This document shows, one piece after another, positions 21,143 to 30,115 of a DNA stretch of 33,728 nt. The notes below the pieces were generated by a model. That model saw nothing but the letters and a program-made list of their open reading frames with translations. It was not told where the DNA came from and did no database searches. The translations under genes and the position numbers were made by a program. This DNA comes from Planctomycetota bacterium (lineage in GTDB: Bacteria > Planctomycetota > UBA1135 > GCA-002686595): positions 1 through 33,728 of the forward strand of contig SCVU01000203.1 of NCBI GenBank assembly GCA_004296785.1, given 5' to 3'. The number at the start of each line of letters is the position of its first letter. Positions within the stretch are counted from its first letter, which is position 1.

Positions 21143-23386
21143 ATGAAGTACGCACCCTCCGTCATCGCCGCGGCGTTCGTCGCGATCGCCGTCGCTTCCC
21201 CTTCCCACGCCGGCGACAAGGTCGTCGGTGGTCCGGTGCGCTCGATCCCACGCGCGAGCGTCGGCCTCGAGCCGCGCGGCGACCATCTGCACGGCGGCGG
21301 CGCCGACTACAAGGCGCGCTTCGACGCGCAGGGCTTCACGTTCGTGCCGGCGCTCGGCCGCGCGGTCGAGCACGAGCAGTCGCTGCACTTCGCGCTGCGC
21401 TCGGCCGGCCGCGAGCACGGGCCGGCGCTCGCGCTCGATCTCGCCGCGGCACCTTCGGTCGACGGAATCTCCGCGGTGTACGAACGCGCGGCACTGGTCG
21501 AGCGCTACGCGCTGTCGAGCGCGGGTGTCGAACAGAGCTTCGAGATCGCAGCCCCTCCCGCGGGCGACGGCGATCTCGTCGTGCGCGGCGCGTTCGCCTC
21601 GACGCTGCCGCGGACTGAAGCGGTGGCCGGCCTCCGCTTCGCGACGCACGAGCACGGCGGCGTGTCGATCGGCGCGGTGACCGGCATCGACGCGCTCGGC
21701 CGCAGCGTGCAGGGATCGCTCGCGCTCGCCGACGGCGAGCTCGAGCTGCGCCTGCCCGATGCGTTCGTCGATCAGGCCGCGTGGCCGGTGCTCGTCGACC
21801 CGCTCTTCGGCACCGTCTTCGGCGTGTCGGCCGGCGCGAACGACGACTCGAGCCCCGACGTGGCCAACGAGGCCAGCAACAACACGTACGTCGTGACGTG
21901 GCAGCGCGACTTCTCGTCCGCGAGCTCGGAGATCCGCGCGCAGCGCGTGCAGACCGACGGCAATCTGGCCGGCGGCACGATCTTCGTCAGCTCGGGCGGC
22001 TACAACGCGCACCCGTCGATCGCGGGCAACACGCTGACCAACGCGATGCTGATCGCGTGGCAGACCGCGGGCAACGTGTTCGGGCCGTACAACGTCGTGT
22101 GCCGCAACGTCGACACGAACACCGGCATCCTCTCGGCCGCGACGCTGCCGCTCGCCAGCGATCCGGGCAACGAGATCGATCCCGTCGTCGGCGGCGAGGC
22201 GATCAAGCTGATCGCGCTCGACAAGCAGGAGGTGCTCGTCGTGTGGGCCGCCGAGAGCTTCGGGATCAAGGGCGCGCAGGTGCGCATCCCCGCGGGTGCC
22301 GGCGATCCGAGCGTCGTCTCGACCTTCACGGTCGCGACCGACACGCCCACCGAATACAACCTGCGCCCCGCGATCACCAAGCACGGCGCCGACGAGGGCG
22401 TGCACCTCGTGGTCTGGCAGCGCCGGCCCGATCTGCTGATCGGCCCGTCGGACCTGCACGCGCAGATGGTCAGTCGCTACGGCGTGCTGATCGGCCCGCC
22501 GGCGGTCGTCGCCGACACGGCGTTCGACGAGCGCGACGCGGCGGTCGACTCGATGCCCGACGGCGCGGCCTTCGTGATCGCGTACGAGCGCGAGGAGGCG
22601 GACCTGCTCGGGCACGACGTCTACGCGCGCTCGTTGATCCCGTCGAACGGCGTGCTCACGAGCGGCGCGGGGCCGGTGGCGATCGACGCGGACGACGACG
22701 ACGAGGAATCCGATCCGGCGGTGATCTGCCCGGGCGCGAAGGCGTGGATCGCGTACTGCGACCAGACGACGTTCGCGAACTCGACGATCCGCGTCGAGGC
22801 GTTCGATCCGAAGAAGCTCGTGCAGTGCGAGGACGTCGTGTTCGCGCAGCCGACGGGCATCGCGCAGAAGCCGGCGCTCGCGTACGTGTACGCGGCCTAC
22901 CTCGGCGGCGTGCAGTCGCTGCTGACGTGGAGCGTGCTCGACGAGGCGCCGCCGTTCCCCGGCGACATCCACGCGCAGCTGCTGCTGACGCACGCCGGCA
23001 CCGGCACGACGCAGGACCTCGGCGGCGGCTGCGGCGGCGGCGGCACGCTGTCGAACACGTTCACGCCGGACATCGGCTCGGGCCTGTTCCTGCTCTCGTG
23101 CACCGGCATCGACCCGGGCGCGTTCAAGGCGATCCTGAACTTCAATCTGCCGACGCCGCCGCTGTCGTGCGGGAGCTGCGCGTGGGTGCCGTTCTTCCTG
23201 CCGATCGGTCAGACGATCCAGGTGCCGGGCTCGGCCGCGTTCCTCACGCCGATCCCGTGCGACCCGGCGCTCATCGGCGGGCAGCTCGACGCGCAGTTCA
23301 CGAGCTTCCTGACCAGCGGCAGCCCGTGCTCGCTGTTCCCGAACGTGTCGCTGTCGAACCGACTGCGGCTGACCTTCGGCCAGTAG
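21143..23386 (+). CDS. Secreted repeat protein S2 (paralogue of S1)
   Basis: 747 aa with signal peptide MKYAPSVIAAAFVAIAVASPSHA. Same N-terminal module (..AVYERAALVERYALSSAGVEQSF..GDGDLVV..VTGIDALGRSV..LELRLPDAFVDQAAWPVLVDP) and repeat region. The 119-aa Cys-rich tail is nt 23027-23383. It starts 24 nt after the S1 stop. Confidence 0.85.
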   Translation: MKYAPSVIAAAFVAIAVASPSHAGDKVVGGPVRSIPRASVGLEPRGDHLHGGGADYKARFDAQGFTFVPALGRAVEHEQSLHFALRSAGREHGPALALDLAAAPSVDGISAVYERAALVERYALSSAGVEQSFEIAAPPAGDGDLVVRGAFASTLPRTEAVAGLRFATHEHGGVSIGAVTGIDALGRSVQGSLALADGELELRLPDAFVDQAAWPVLVDPLFGTVFGVSAGANDDSSPDVANEASNNTYVVTWQRDFSSASSEIRAQRVQTDGNLAGGTIFVSSGGYNAHPSIAGNTLTNAMLIAWQTAGNVFGPYNVVCRNVDTNTGILSAATLPLASDPGNEIDPVVGGEAIKLIALDKQEVLVVWAAESFGIKGAQVRIPAGAGDPSVVSTFTVATDTPTEYNLRPAITKHGADEGVHLVVWQRRPDLLIGPSDLHAQMVSRYGVLIGPPAVVADTAFDERDAAVDSMPDGAAFVIAYEREEADLLGHDVYARSLIPSNGVLTSGAGPVAIDADDDDEESDPAVICPGAKAWIAYCDQTTFANSTIRVEAFDPKKLVQCEDVVFAQPTGIAQKPALAYVYAAYLGGVQSLLTWSVLDEAPPFPGDIHAQLLLTHAGTGTTQDLGGGCGGGGTLSNTFTPDIGSGLFLLSCTGIDPGAFKAILNFNLPTPPLSCGSCAWVPFFLPIGQTIQVPGSAAFLTPIPCDPALIGGQLDAQFTSFLTSGSPCSLFPNVSLSNRLRLTFGQ

Positions 23387-23409
23387 GTCGCCGCGCCGCT
23401 GAAAACACA

Positions 23410-23446
23410 CCGGCCCCCGCACCGCGTCGAGCGGTGCGGGGGCCGG
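23410..23446. terminator. Strong bidirectional terminator hairpin between convergent S2 and cupredoxin genes
   Basis: A perfect 16-bp stem, ccggcccccgcaccgc (23410-23425) / gcggtgcgggggccgg (23431-23446), encloses the loop gtcga. On the minus strand it is followed by gtgtgTTTTc. Confidence 0.8.
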
Positions 23447-23470
23447 CGTCGTTCGAGCCGCGCTCGCGGA

Positions 23471-24235
23471 TCAGCGCGCCGACTTCTTCTTCTTGCCGCC
23501 GACCTTGATCTCGACCGTGGTCGTCTTGCCGGCCTCGACGGTGACTTCCTCGCTCCTGCCCTTGCCGATCGACTCGTGCTCGTGCCAGAACGCGACCTTG
23601 TACTTGCCGGCCGGCACGCCTTCGAGCGTCGCCGAGCCGTCGGCCTTGGTCACGCCGTAGATCGGGTCGTCGGTGACGAAGATGTACGACGACATCCACG
23701 AGTGGATGTCGCACTTGATCGTGACGAGCTCGGCCTTCTCGAGCTTCTGCTCGGCCTTGCTGCCCGCCGCGACCGAGTTGTTCTGGTCGCCGTTCTTCTG
23801 CGCGTACACGTGCACGTTGTGCGCGACCGAGTCGCTGTTCAGGTACTCGACCGTCGCGCCCATCGGCACGACCTGCACGTGCGGCTCGTAGCGGCAGCTC
23901 TTCTGGTCGAGGTGGTACTTGCGACCTTCGGGCACCTTGACCGGCATGTCCTTCACCGCGATCGTCAGCACCGCGTTCGCGACGCCGCCGCTGGCGTCGA
24001 TCAGGCGCTGTTGGTTCGTCGTGTCCATCGCAGTGCCTTCCGCGCAGCAGCCTTTCGCCGCGTCGGCCGGGATCGCGAGCGCGGGCAGCGCCTCGGGCTT
24101 CTCGCCTTCCCAGATGACCTTCACCTGAACGGTGCCGGTCTCGGCCGAAGTCGGAGCGGTCTTGGAGAACGGGATCGCGGCGGCCGCGCAGATCGCGGAG
24201 CCGAGGACGAGGGCGGAAACAGTGAGGATCTTCAT
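23471..24235 (-). CDS. Periplasmic type-1 (blue) copper cupredoxin fused to a CarboxypepD_reg-like domain
   Basis: 254 aa from MKILTVSALVLGSAICAAAA. The listed ORF 23471..24400 is an upstream extension. Cupredoxin pattern G-ATVEYLNSDSVAHNVH ... CDIHSWM supplies His, Cys, His and Met ligands. The C-terminal part ..TKADGSATLEGVPAGKYKVAFWHE.. resembles the carboxypeptidase regulatory-like fold. Confidence 0.8.
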   Translation of the reverse strand: MKILTVSALVLGSAICAAAAIPFSKTAPTSAETGTVQVKVIWEGEKPEALPALAIPADAAKGCCAEGTAMDTTNQQRLIDASGGVANAVLTIAVKDMPVKVPEGRKYHLDQKSCRYEPHVQVVPMGATVEYLNSDSVAHNVHVYAQKNGDQNNSVAAGSKAEQKLEKAELVTIKCDIHSWMSSYIFVTDDPIYGVTKADGSATLEGVPAGKYKVAFWHEHESIGKGRSEEVTVEAGKTTTVEIKVGGKKKKSAR

Positions 24236-24414
24236 GTGTGTTGTGGGGAGTTGTCGCGCCGCGCGGTGTTCCGGCGGGCGCGTGGACAGCGGGGATGGGG
24301 CGAAACCGGGTTGGATCGCGGGGGCCCGATAGTGTGACAGCCCGCCGCTCGAGTATCGACTGGAGCCGCGGCTCCTAGGCCGCGGAACGCACTGCGGCAA
24401 GCCGCGCCGACAGG

Positions 24415-27400
24415 TCAGTTACCCGTCGGAAGGTCTTGCCGGCCCAGGTTGTAGAGCCAATCGAGCAGCGCCTGGATCTGCACCTCGGCCTTGCCCGGGT
24501 ACAGCGCCTGGTGCGACTCCTTGTCGGCCGGGAAGTTCACCGGCATCGAGGTGCCCGGGTAGACCTTGCCGGGGTTCTGGATCCACGTGTGGACCCAGTC
24601 CTCGCGCAGGCGCTCGTGCGTGTTCTTCAGGTCGGGCGCCCACTGGATCGGCAGCGCGGAGCCGCCGCCCGGGCCCTGCCCGTTCAAGTAGTGGCACTGC
24701 ACGCAGTACGGGCCCGATGCATCGCGCGCGAGCTTCTCGGCGCGCGCGAGCTGCTTCGGATCCGCGGCGAGCAGCGCCGACACGTGCGCGGGCGAGCGGC
24801 GCACGACGCGCTCGTAGCGCGGATCGACCGCCGGCGCCACGCCGTCGAAGCCCTGCGCGTCGCCCCAGGCCTTCACCTTCGCGAAGCTCGCCTGGATCTC
24901 GGCGCGGCCGCCGTTCTCGATCGACGCGAGCGTCGCGCTCGGGATGCCGATCGCGCCGGCGAGCTCGTCGAGCGACAGCTTGCGCGCGAGGCGCAGTTTG
25001 CGCGCGTAGTAGGCCGGCCAGTCGCGCTCGGCCTCGTACGCGAAGTAGTCGGCGATCGCGCCGGCCTCGCCCGCGTCGTAGTGGAAGCTCGGCATGCGCA
25101 CGCGCAACTGCTGGCGCAGCGTGATCGGATCGTTGAGGAACGCGTAGAACCAGTCGCGCTGCAGCTTGTCGCCTTCGCCGAGCAGCACCGGCGGCGCGAA
25201 CGTCCAGCGCACCTTGTCGAGCTCTTCCTCGGAGTACTTGCGGAACACGCCGTCGACGTCGCCGACGCCGCCGTCCGGATCGGGCGTGCGGCTGACCTCG
25301 TTCTCGCCGGATTCGTCCGCGACGAGCGGCTTCAAGTACCAGTCGGTGACGACGCGCACGAGATCGCCGCCGACCGGCGCGCGCACCTCGAGCAGGTCCT
25401 TCGCCTGGATCGCGATCGTGTCGCCGATGTCGCCGAAGTCGGGCTCCGGACGCAGCAGGCGCAGCGAGAGTTCGGCCGCATCCGCATCGAACTCCTCGTC
25501 CTCGCTCTTCATGTACGCGACGTAGTCGGCCCAGTGCTCGGACCAGCGGTCCATGCGCGGCGGGAGCTTCTCGCCCTCGAGCTTGCGGATCTCCGCGCCG
25601 ACCGTGTGCGCGACGCCGTTCTCGTCCTTGAACGTGACGAGCCCGGGCTCGAGCACGTGACAGGCCGCGCAGTTGTTCTGCCGCACCGCGCGCAGGCCGG
25701 CGTCGCGCGCCTTCTGGCTCGCGTTCGGCAGCATCTTCGCGCGCTGCACCTCGTCCTCGACCAGGCCGACGACGAACGTCGTCAGCGCCTGGATCTGCTC
25801 CTCGCTGAACCCGAAGTACGGCATCCGCAGCTTCTCGGTCGGGTTCTTGATCTTCTTGCGGTCGTACGAGCGCGGCGCGTGCAGCTTCTGCGTCAGGAAG
25901 TTGCTGTGGTAGCTCTTGTACAGCTCGACGTCGTGCTCGTCCCAGCCGTGCGTCTGCGCGAGGATGTCGGGCATGAAGCCGAAGTCGAGCTTGTCGACCG
26001 TCTTCGTCGCCCACGCCGTCAGTTCGGCGCCGATCGGCATCATCGTCTCCATGCCGGCGACCTCGTGGCACGAGTAGCAGCCCTGGTGCGTCACGTACTT
26101 CTCGCCGACCGCGACCTGCAGATCACCGAGGCGGTCCCAGCGGTGCTTGTCGTCCTTGCCCTCGAAGCGCGCCTCGAGCGTCGCGCGGCCGTCGCGCAGG
26201 AAGAACCAGCGCGCCTGCTCCTGCAGCACCTCGAGTGATGCGGGCGGCAGCTCGGTCTTCCAGCCCTGCGGCACGTCGTGGAAGATCTGGTCGGGATCCT
26301 GCATCAGGTACGCGGTGATGTCCGCCGCGGTCTGGTCCGACAGCCGCAGGTTCGGCATGCGCGTGTCGGGCCAGTACTGCGCGGGATCCTTGACCCACGC
26401 GTAGAGCCAGTCGGCGTTGAGCTTCGTCGCGACGCCGCGCAGGTTCGGGCCCATCTCGTTCTCGCCCGTGCGCTCGTGCGTCATGTCGCCGCCGATCGGC
26501 GCGGGCTCCGTGCCGTACGGCGCCGTGTTGTGGCAACCGAGGCAGCCCGCCAGGCGGAACGCCTCGCGCCCGCGCACCGCGTCGCCCTCGAGCGGCATCG
26601 GCGCGACCTTCTGCACCGGGTGGCGCACCTGCAGGAACGTCGTGACCGCGGCGACCGCGGAGTCGTTCCACTCGCGGCCCTTGAGCTCGCGCCCCTCGCC
26701 GTACTTCGACTTCACGACGACTTCCTCGTCGGCGAAGTTCTCGAGGTTGAAGATCTGCGGCATCCGCGTCGTCGGACGGAACGCCTTCGGGTGCGCGATC
26801 CAGCTCGCGATGAACTCCGGCGTGAGCTTCGCCATCAGGTTCTTGAGCGACGGCCCCGGCTTGCGCGTCGTCGGGAACCACTCGACCTTGTGGCACGCGT
26901 AGCAGCCGTACTCCTCGAACAGCTGGTAGCCCTTCGACACGCGCGGCGCGTCGGGCGCGATCAGCTCCATCGAGTCCTTGTGGCACTGCACGCAGCCGGC
27001 CTCGGCCATCCCGCTCGGCAGCATCGGGTAGTCCCAGTGGTGCTGCTTGTGCCAGTGGTGCTCGGCCTCCCACTCCTCCTGCTGCTTGTCCGTCAGCGGG
27101 CGGTGGTCGACGCGCACGAAGTCGAGCGCCTCGCCGCAGCCGCGGTGGCAGATCGTGCAGCCGACCTTCGACAAGGGGTGCGACGACTTCGCGGTCAGGA
27201 ACAGGTCCAGGCGCGGGTGCGACGTGTACGGCTGCGCGGCGTCGTCGAGCCCGGCTCGATCGATGCCCATGTGGCAGCTCTGGCACATGTCGATGCGCTT
27301 CTTCTTCGTGAAGTTGAGCTCGAAGGTCAGGTTGTCGAGCGCGACTTTCTGCACCTTCAGGTTCGGGCCGATGAAATCGAGGCCCGGGAAGTCGCGCACG

Positions 27401-28047
27401 ACGTTGGCGATCTGCGCGGGCTTGGCGCTCGGATCGAGCTTCTCGAGCTTCGAGCGCACGAGCTCGACGTCCTTCGTCGCCGTCTTCAGCGCGCGCTCGG
27501 CCTCGGTCAGCGGCGCCTTGAGCTTCGCGAGGTCGGCCTCGGCCAGCGCGAGCTTGCGCGCCGACTGCTCCTTCTCGAACGCGGCCTCCTGCATCGTCGC
27601 GTAGACCTTGCCGAGCGCCTCCTCGCCGTAGGCGGGGTCGTTGTGCTTGAGGCGGTGCTCGTCGACGAGGTAGCGCTGCCAGTCGTACTCGGCCTTGGCG
27701 AACTTCGACGCGGTCTCCTTGACGAAGTACTCGCCCTTCGCGACGCGCACGACTTCCTGCTGCGCCGCGATGTCGGACTGCCGCGCGTCGAGCGCGACGG
27801 CCGCCTTCTGCACGTCGCCCTGCAGCGCCGCGCCGCGGCTCGCCTGCTCCTTGAGCGCCGCCGACTCGAGCGACGCGCGCGTGCGCTCGAGGTCGAGCGC
27901 GCGGAACTCGCGCTGGTGCCCCTTCCACGGACGGCTCGCGTCGTCGAGGACCATCCAGACCGAGGTCGCGAGCAGCAACAGGCTCGAGAGCGCGAACCAG
28001 AGGTTCAGGTGCTTGATGTGGTAGTGCGTGTCGCCGCGATCAGCCAT
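24415..28047 (-). CDS. Membrane-anchored octahaem cytochrome c (1210 aa) of the Rieske/cyt b operon
   Basis: N-terminal TM helix LNLWFALSSLLLLATSVWMVL, followed by a ~190-aa heptad-rich Ala/Glu/Lys/Gln segment. Eight CxxCH motifs: CQSCH, CTICH, CVQCH, CYACH, CLGCH, CYSCH, CAACH, CVQCH. Several lie in class-I-like contexts (..MGPNL..W..WV.DP....P.T.MP..). Confidence 0.9.
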   Translation of the reverse strand: MADRGDTHYHIKHLNLWFALSSLLLLATSVWMVLDDASRPWKGHQREFRALDLERTRASLESAALKEQASRGAALQGDVQKAAVALDARQSDIAAQQEVVRVAKGEYFVKETASKFAKAEYDWQRYLVDEHRLKHNDPAYGEEALGKVYATMQEAAFEKEQSARKLALAEADLAKLKAPLTEAERALKTATKDVELVRSKLEKLDPSAKPAQIANVVRDFPGLDFIGPNLKVQKVALDNLTFELNFTKKKRIDMCQSCHMGIDRAGLDDAAQPYTSHPRLDLFLTAKSSHPLSKVGCTICHRGCGEALDFVRVDHRPLTDKQQEEWEAEHHWHKQHHWDYPMLPSGMAEAGCVQCHKDSMELIAPDAPRVSKGYQLFEEYGCYACHKVEWFPTTRKPGPSLKNLMAKLTPEFIASWIAHPKAFRPTTRMPQIFNLENFADEEVVVKSKYGEGRELKGREWNDSAVAAVTTFLQVRHPVQKVAPMPLEGDAVRGREAFRLAGCLGCHNTAPYGTEPAPIGGDMTHERTGENEMGPNLRGVATKLNADWLYAWVKDPAQYWPDTRMPNLRLSDQTAADITAYLMQDPDQIFHDVPQGWKTELPPASLEVLQEQARWFFLRDGRATLEARFEGKDDKHRWDRLGDLQVAVGEKYVTHQGCYSCHEVAGMETMMPIGAELTAWATKTVDKLDFGFMPDILAQTHGWDEHDVELYKSYHSNFLTQKLHAPRSYDRKKIKNPTEKLRMPYFGFSEEQIQALTTFVVGLVEDEVQRAKMLPNASQKARDAGLRAVRQNNCAACHVLEPGLVTFKDENGVAHTVGAEIRKLEGEKLPPRMDRWSEHWADYVAYMKSEDEEFDADAAELSLRLLRPEPDFGDIGDTIAIQAKDLLEVRAPVGGDLVRVVTDWYLKPLVADESGENEVSRTPDPDGGVGDVDGVFRKYSEEELDKVRWTFAPPVLLGEGDKLQRDWFYAFLNDPITLRQQLRVRMPSFHYDAGEAGAIADYFAYEAERDWPAYYARKLRLARKLSLDELAGAIGIPSATLASIENGGRAEIQASFAKVKAWGDAQGFDGVAPAVDPRYERVVRRSPAHVSALLAADPKQLARAEKLARDASGPYCVQCHYLNGQGPGGGSALPIQWAPDLKNTHERLREDWVHTWIQNPGKVYPGTSMPVNFPADKESHQALYPGKAEVQIQALLDWLYNLGRQDLPTGN

Positions 28048-28130
28048 GCGTCACCGGAGTCTCGAGGAGGAGCGAAGCGGAGTCGTGCGGGGTGAGCGGC
28101 GCGCGCGCGAGCGGCGCGCCGGGCGCTGCG

Positions 28131-29213
28131 CTAGATGTTGAAGAACCACTCGGGGATGCCGACGATGTACTTCAGGCCGACGGTCCAGCGCAGCAGCATC
28201 TTCAGCGGGATCAGCCCGAACCAGAGCAGCATGTGCATCATGATCTGGTAGCGGACCATCCCGATCTGCTGGAACATCGAGCGGCACACCGTCTTCGCGA
28301 GCAGCGGCGGCAGCAGCAGGAAGAAGCCGCCGAGGAAGGCGAAGCCCGGCGCCTCGCGCAAGAGGATGTTGTCGGGCCGCGGCTGGCCGAGCAGGTTGAC
28401 CCAGAAGTACGTCGAGAGGTCGACGCTCACCATCGGCTCGAGCTTGTGCAGGTCCCAGTACTCGAACGGGCCGAAGAACGACCAGTTCGGGCCGCGCAAG
28501 AACGTGCCGAGGATGACGAACGACACCCAGAACAGCACGAAGCCGACCCAGAAGAACGAGATCGCGAACTTGCGCTCGTTGAACGTGTAGTAGCCGTTGC
28601 CCTTCGGGTTCGTGTCGACGTACGGGATCGCGCACAGGCCGACGATGATGAAGCTCGGCAGGAGCACGCCCGCGATCCACGGGTCGAAGTACACGAGCAG
28701 CTCCTGCAGCCCGAGGAAGTACCACGGCGCCTTCGACGGGTTCGGCGTGCGCGCGGTCGCGGCGGGCTCTTCCAGCGGCGCCTCGAGCACGATCGACCAG
28801 ATCACGAGCGCCGCCGTGAACAGGATCAGGCAGATGAACTCGGTGTAGACGAGGTCCGGCCAGGTGAAGACCTTCTGCCGGTTGAAGTCGCCCTCCAGCG
28901 TCGGGTCGCCGCGCGCGATGCGCTCGTCGTTGATCACGCTCTTGCGCAGCGAGAGCCACGAGAAGAACACGACCGTCGCGAGCAGGATCACGATCGGCAC
29001 GTTGTCCGGCTTGCCGATGATCTTCGCGAAGTTCGGGTCCTTCCACGCGAACGCGAGGAACGCCCCGCCGAGCACGAAGAAGGCGATGATGACGATCGAC
29101 TTCGCGAAGAACTTGCGGAAGTACAGCACCAGCACGATCGCGAGCCCGAACCCGAGGAAGTAGCGGGTCGGCTCGGTCAGCCAGTTGACGGCGTGTTTGA
29201 GTTGGTCGCCCAT
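28131..29213 (-). CDS. Cytochrome b C-terminal half / extended subunit-IV-like protein (about 8 TM helices)
   Basis: 360 aa. PSKAPWYFLGLQELLVYF matches the P(E)WYF motif of cyt b helix F / b6f subunit IV. I count about 8 hydrophobic helices. It begins 27 nt after the cytochrome b6-like gene. Confidence 0.85.
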   Translation of the reverse strand: MGDQLKHAVNWLTEPTRYFLGFGLAIVLVLYFRKFFAKSIVIIAFFVLGGAFLAFAWKDPNFAKIIGKPDNVPIVILLATVVFFSWLSLRKSVINDERIARGDPTLEGDFNRQKVFTWPDLVYTEFICLILFTAALVIWSIVLEAPLEEPAATARTPNPSKAPWYFLGLQELLVYFDPWIAGVLLPSFIIVGLCAIPYVDTNPKGNGYYTFNERKFAISFFWVGFVLFWVSFVILGTFLRGPNWSFFGPFEYWDLHKLEPMVSVDLSTYFWVNLLGQPRPDNILLREAPGFAFLGGFFLLLPPLLAKTVCRSMFQQIGMVRYQIMMHMLLWFGLIPLKMLLRWTVGLKYIVGIPEWFFNI

Positions 29214-29240
29214 TCGGCTTCGTGGTGGCTTCCGTGGAGG

Positions 29241-30017
29241 CTACAGGGGACCGGAGATGCCGCCGTCCTTGCGGACGCGCCAGAAGTGCACCGCCATCAG
29301 CGTCGCGGCGACCAGCGGGAACCCGACGCAGTGCAGCACGTAGAAGCGCAGCAGCGCGCCTTCACCGACGAAGCGCCCGGCCAACAGGCCGAAGCGCACG
29401 TCGTCGCCCGCGTGCACGAAGTCGAGCCCGCCGAAGCTGATCAGCGCCGCGCCCGGACCTTCGTGACCGAGGAACGGCGTCGCGCGCGCCATGTTCGTGC
29501 CGACCGTGATCGCCCACACGGCGAGCTGGTCCCACGGCAACAAGTAGCCGGTGAACGACAAGAGCAGCGTGATCACGAGCAGGATCACGCCGACGTTCCA
29601 GTTGAACTCGCGCGGCGGTTTGTAGCTGCCGGTCAGGAAGACCCGGTACATGTGCAGCCACACCGTGATCACCATCATGTGCGCTGACCATCTGTGCAGC
29701 TCGCGCATGATCCCGATCGGCACGTGCTCGCGCAGCGCCATGATGTCCTGGTACGCGAGCTCCGCCGTCGGGCGGTAGTAGAACATCAGCAACAGACCGG
29801 TGATGGTCTCGATCAGGAACAGGAAGAACGTCAGTCCTCCCATGCACCACGTGTACGACAGCTGGATGCCGCTGCGGCGCACCTTGACCGGGTGCAGGTG
29901 CAGGAACACGTTCGACAGCACCGCGAGCGTGCGGTTGCGCGGCGTGTCCGGGTAGCCGTGTCGGAAGACCGACTTCCACAGCTGGGACTTGTAAGTCGCG
30001 TCGAGCAGCTTCTTCAT
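29241..30017 (-). CDS. Cytochrome b N-terminal half (b6-like, 4 helices, bis-His haem ligands)
   Basis: 258 aa. ..GLLLMFYYRP.., ..RELHRWSAHMMVITVWLHMYRVFLTGSYKPPRE.NW..GV.. and ..RFYVLHCVGFPLVAATLMAVHFWRVRK.. are the classic cyt b/b6 motifs with paired His on helices B and D. Confidence 0.9.
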   Translation of the reverse strand: MKKLLDATYKSQLWKSVFRHGYPDTPRNRTLAVLSNVFLHLHPVKVRRSGIQLSYTWCMGGLTFFLFLIETITGLLLMFYYRPTAELAYQDIMALREHVPIGIMRELHRWSAHMMVITVWLHMYRVFLTGSYKPPREFNWNVGVILLVITLLLSFTGYLLPWDQLAVWAITVGTNMARATPFLGHEGPGAALISFGGLDFVHAGDDVRFGLLAGRFVGEGALLRFYVLHCVGFPLVAATLMAVHFWRVRKDGGISGPL

Positions 30018-30115
30018 CGAGCGCTAAGGAGCTTGGGGGGCGCGGGAGCGTGCGGGGTCCGAGTCGGCGAGAGCATGCGACCGGCGCGGCGCCGGTCGGC
30101 GGGTGCGGCGTTCGA

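Noticed and set aside
23471-24400. The 309-aa version of the cupredoxin ORF, and ORF 30861..33239 as one 792-aa protein
   Set aside because: In both cases the N-terminal extension is low-complexity Arg/Pro/Ser sequence. Good internal starts give a signal peptide (ATG 24235) or a TM-anchored HEAT protein (ATG 31853). The region 31919-33103 is occupied by the PFK gene in another frame.
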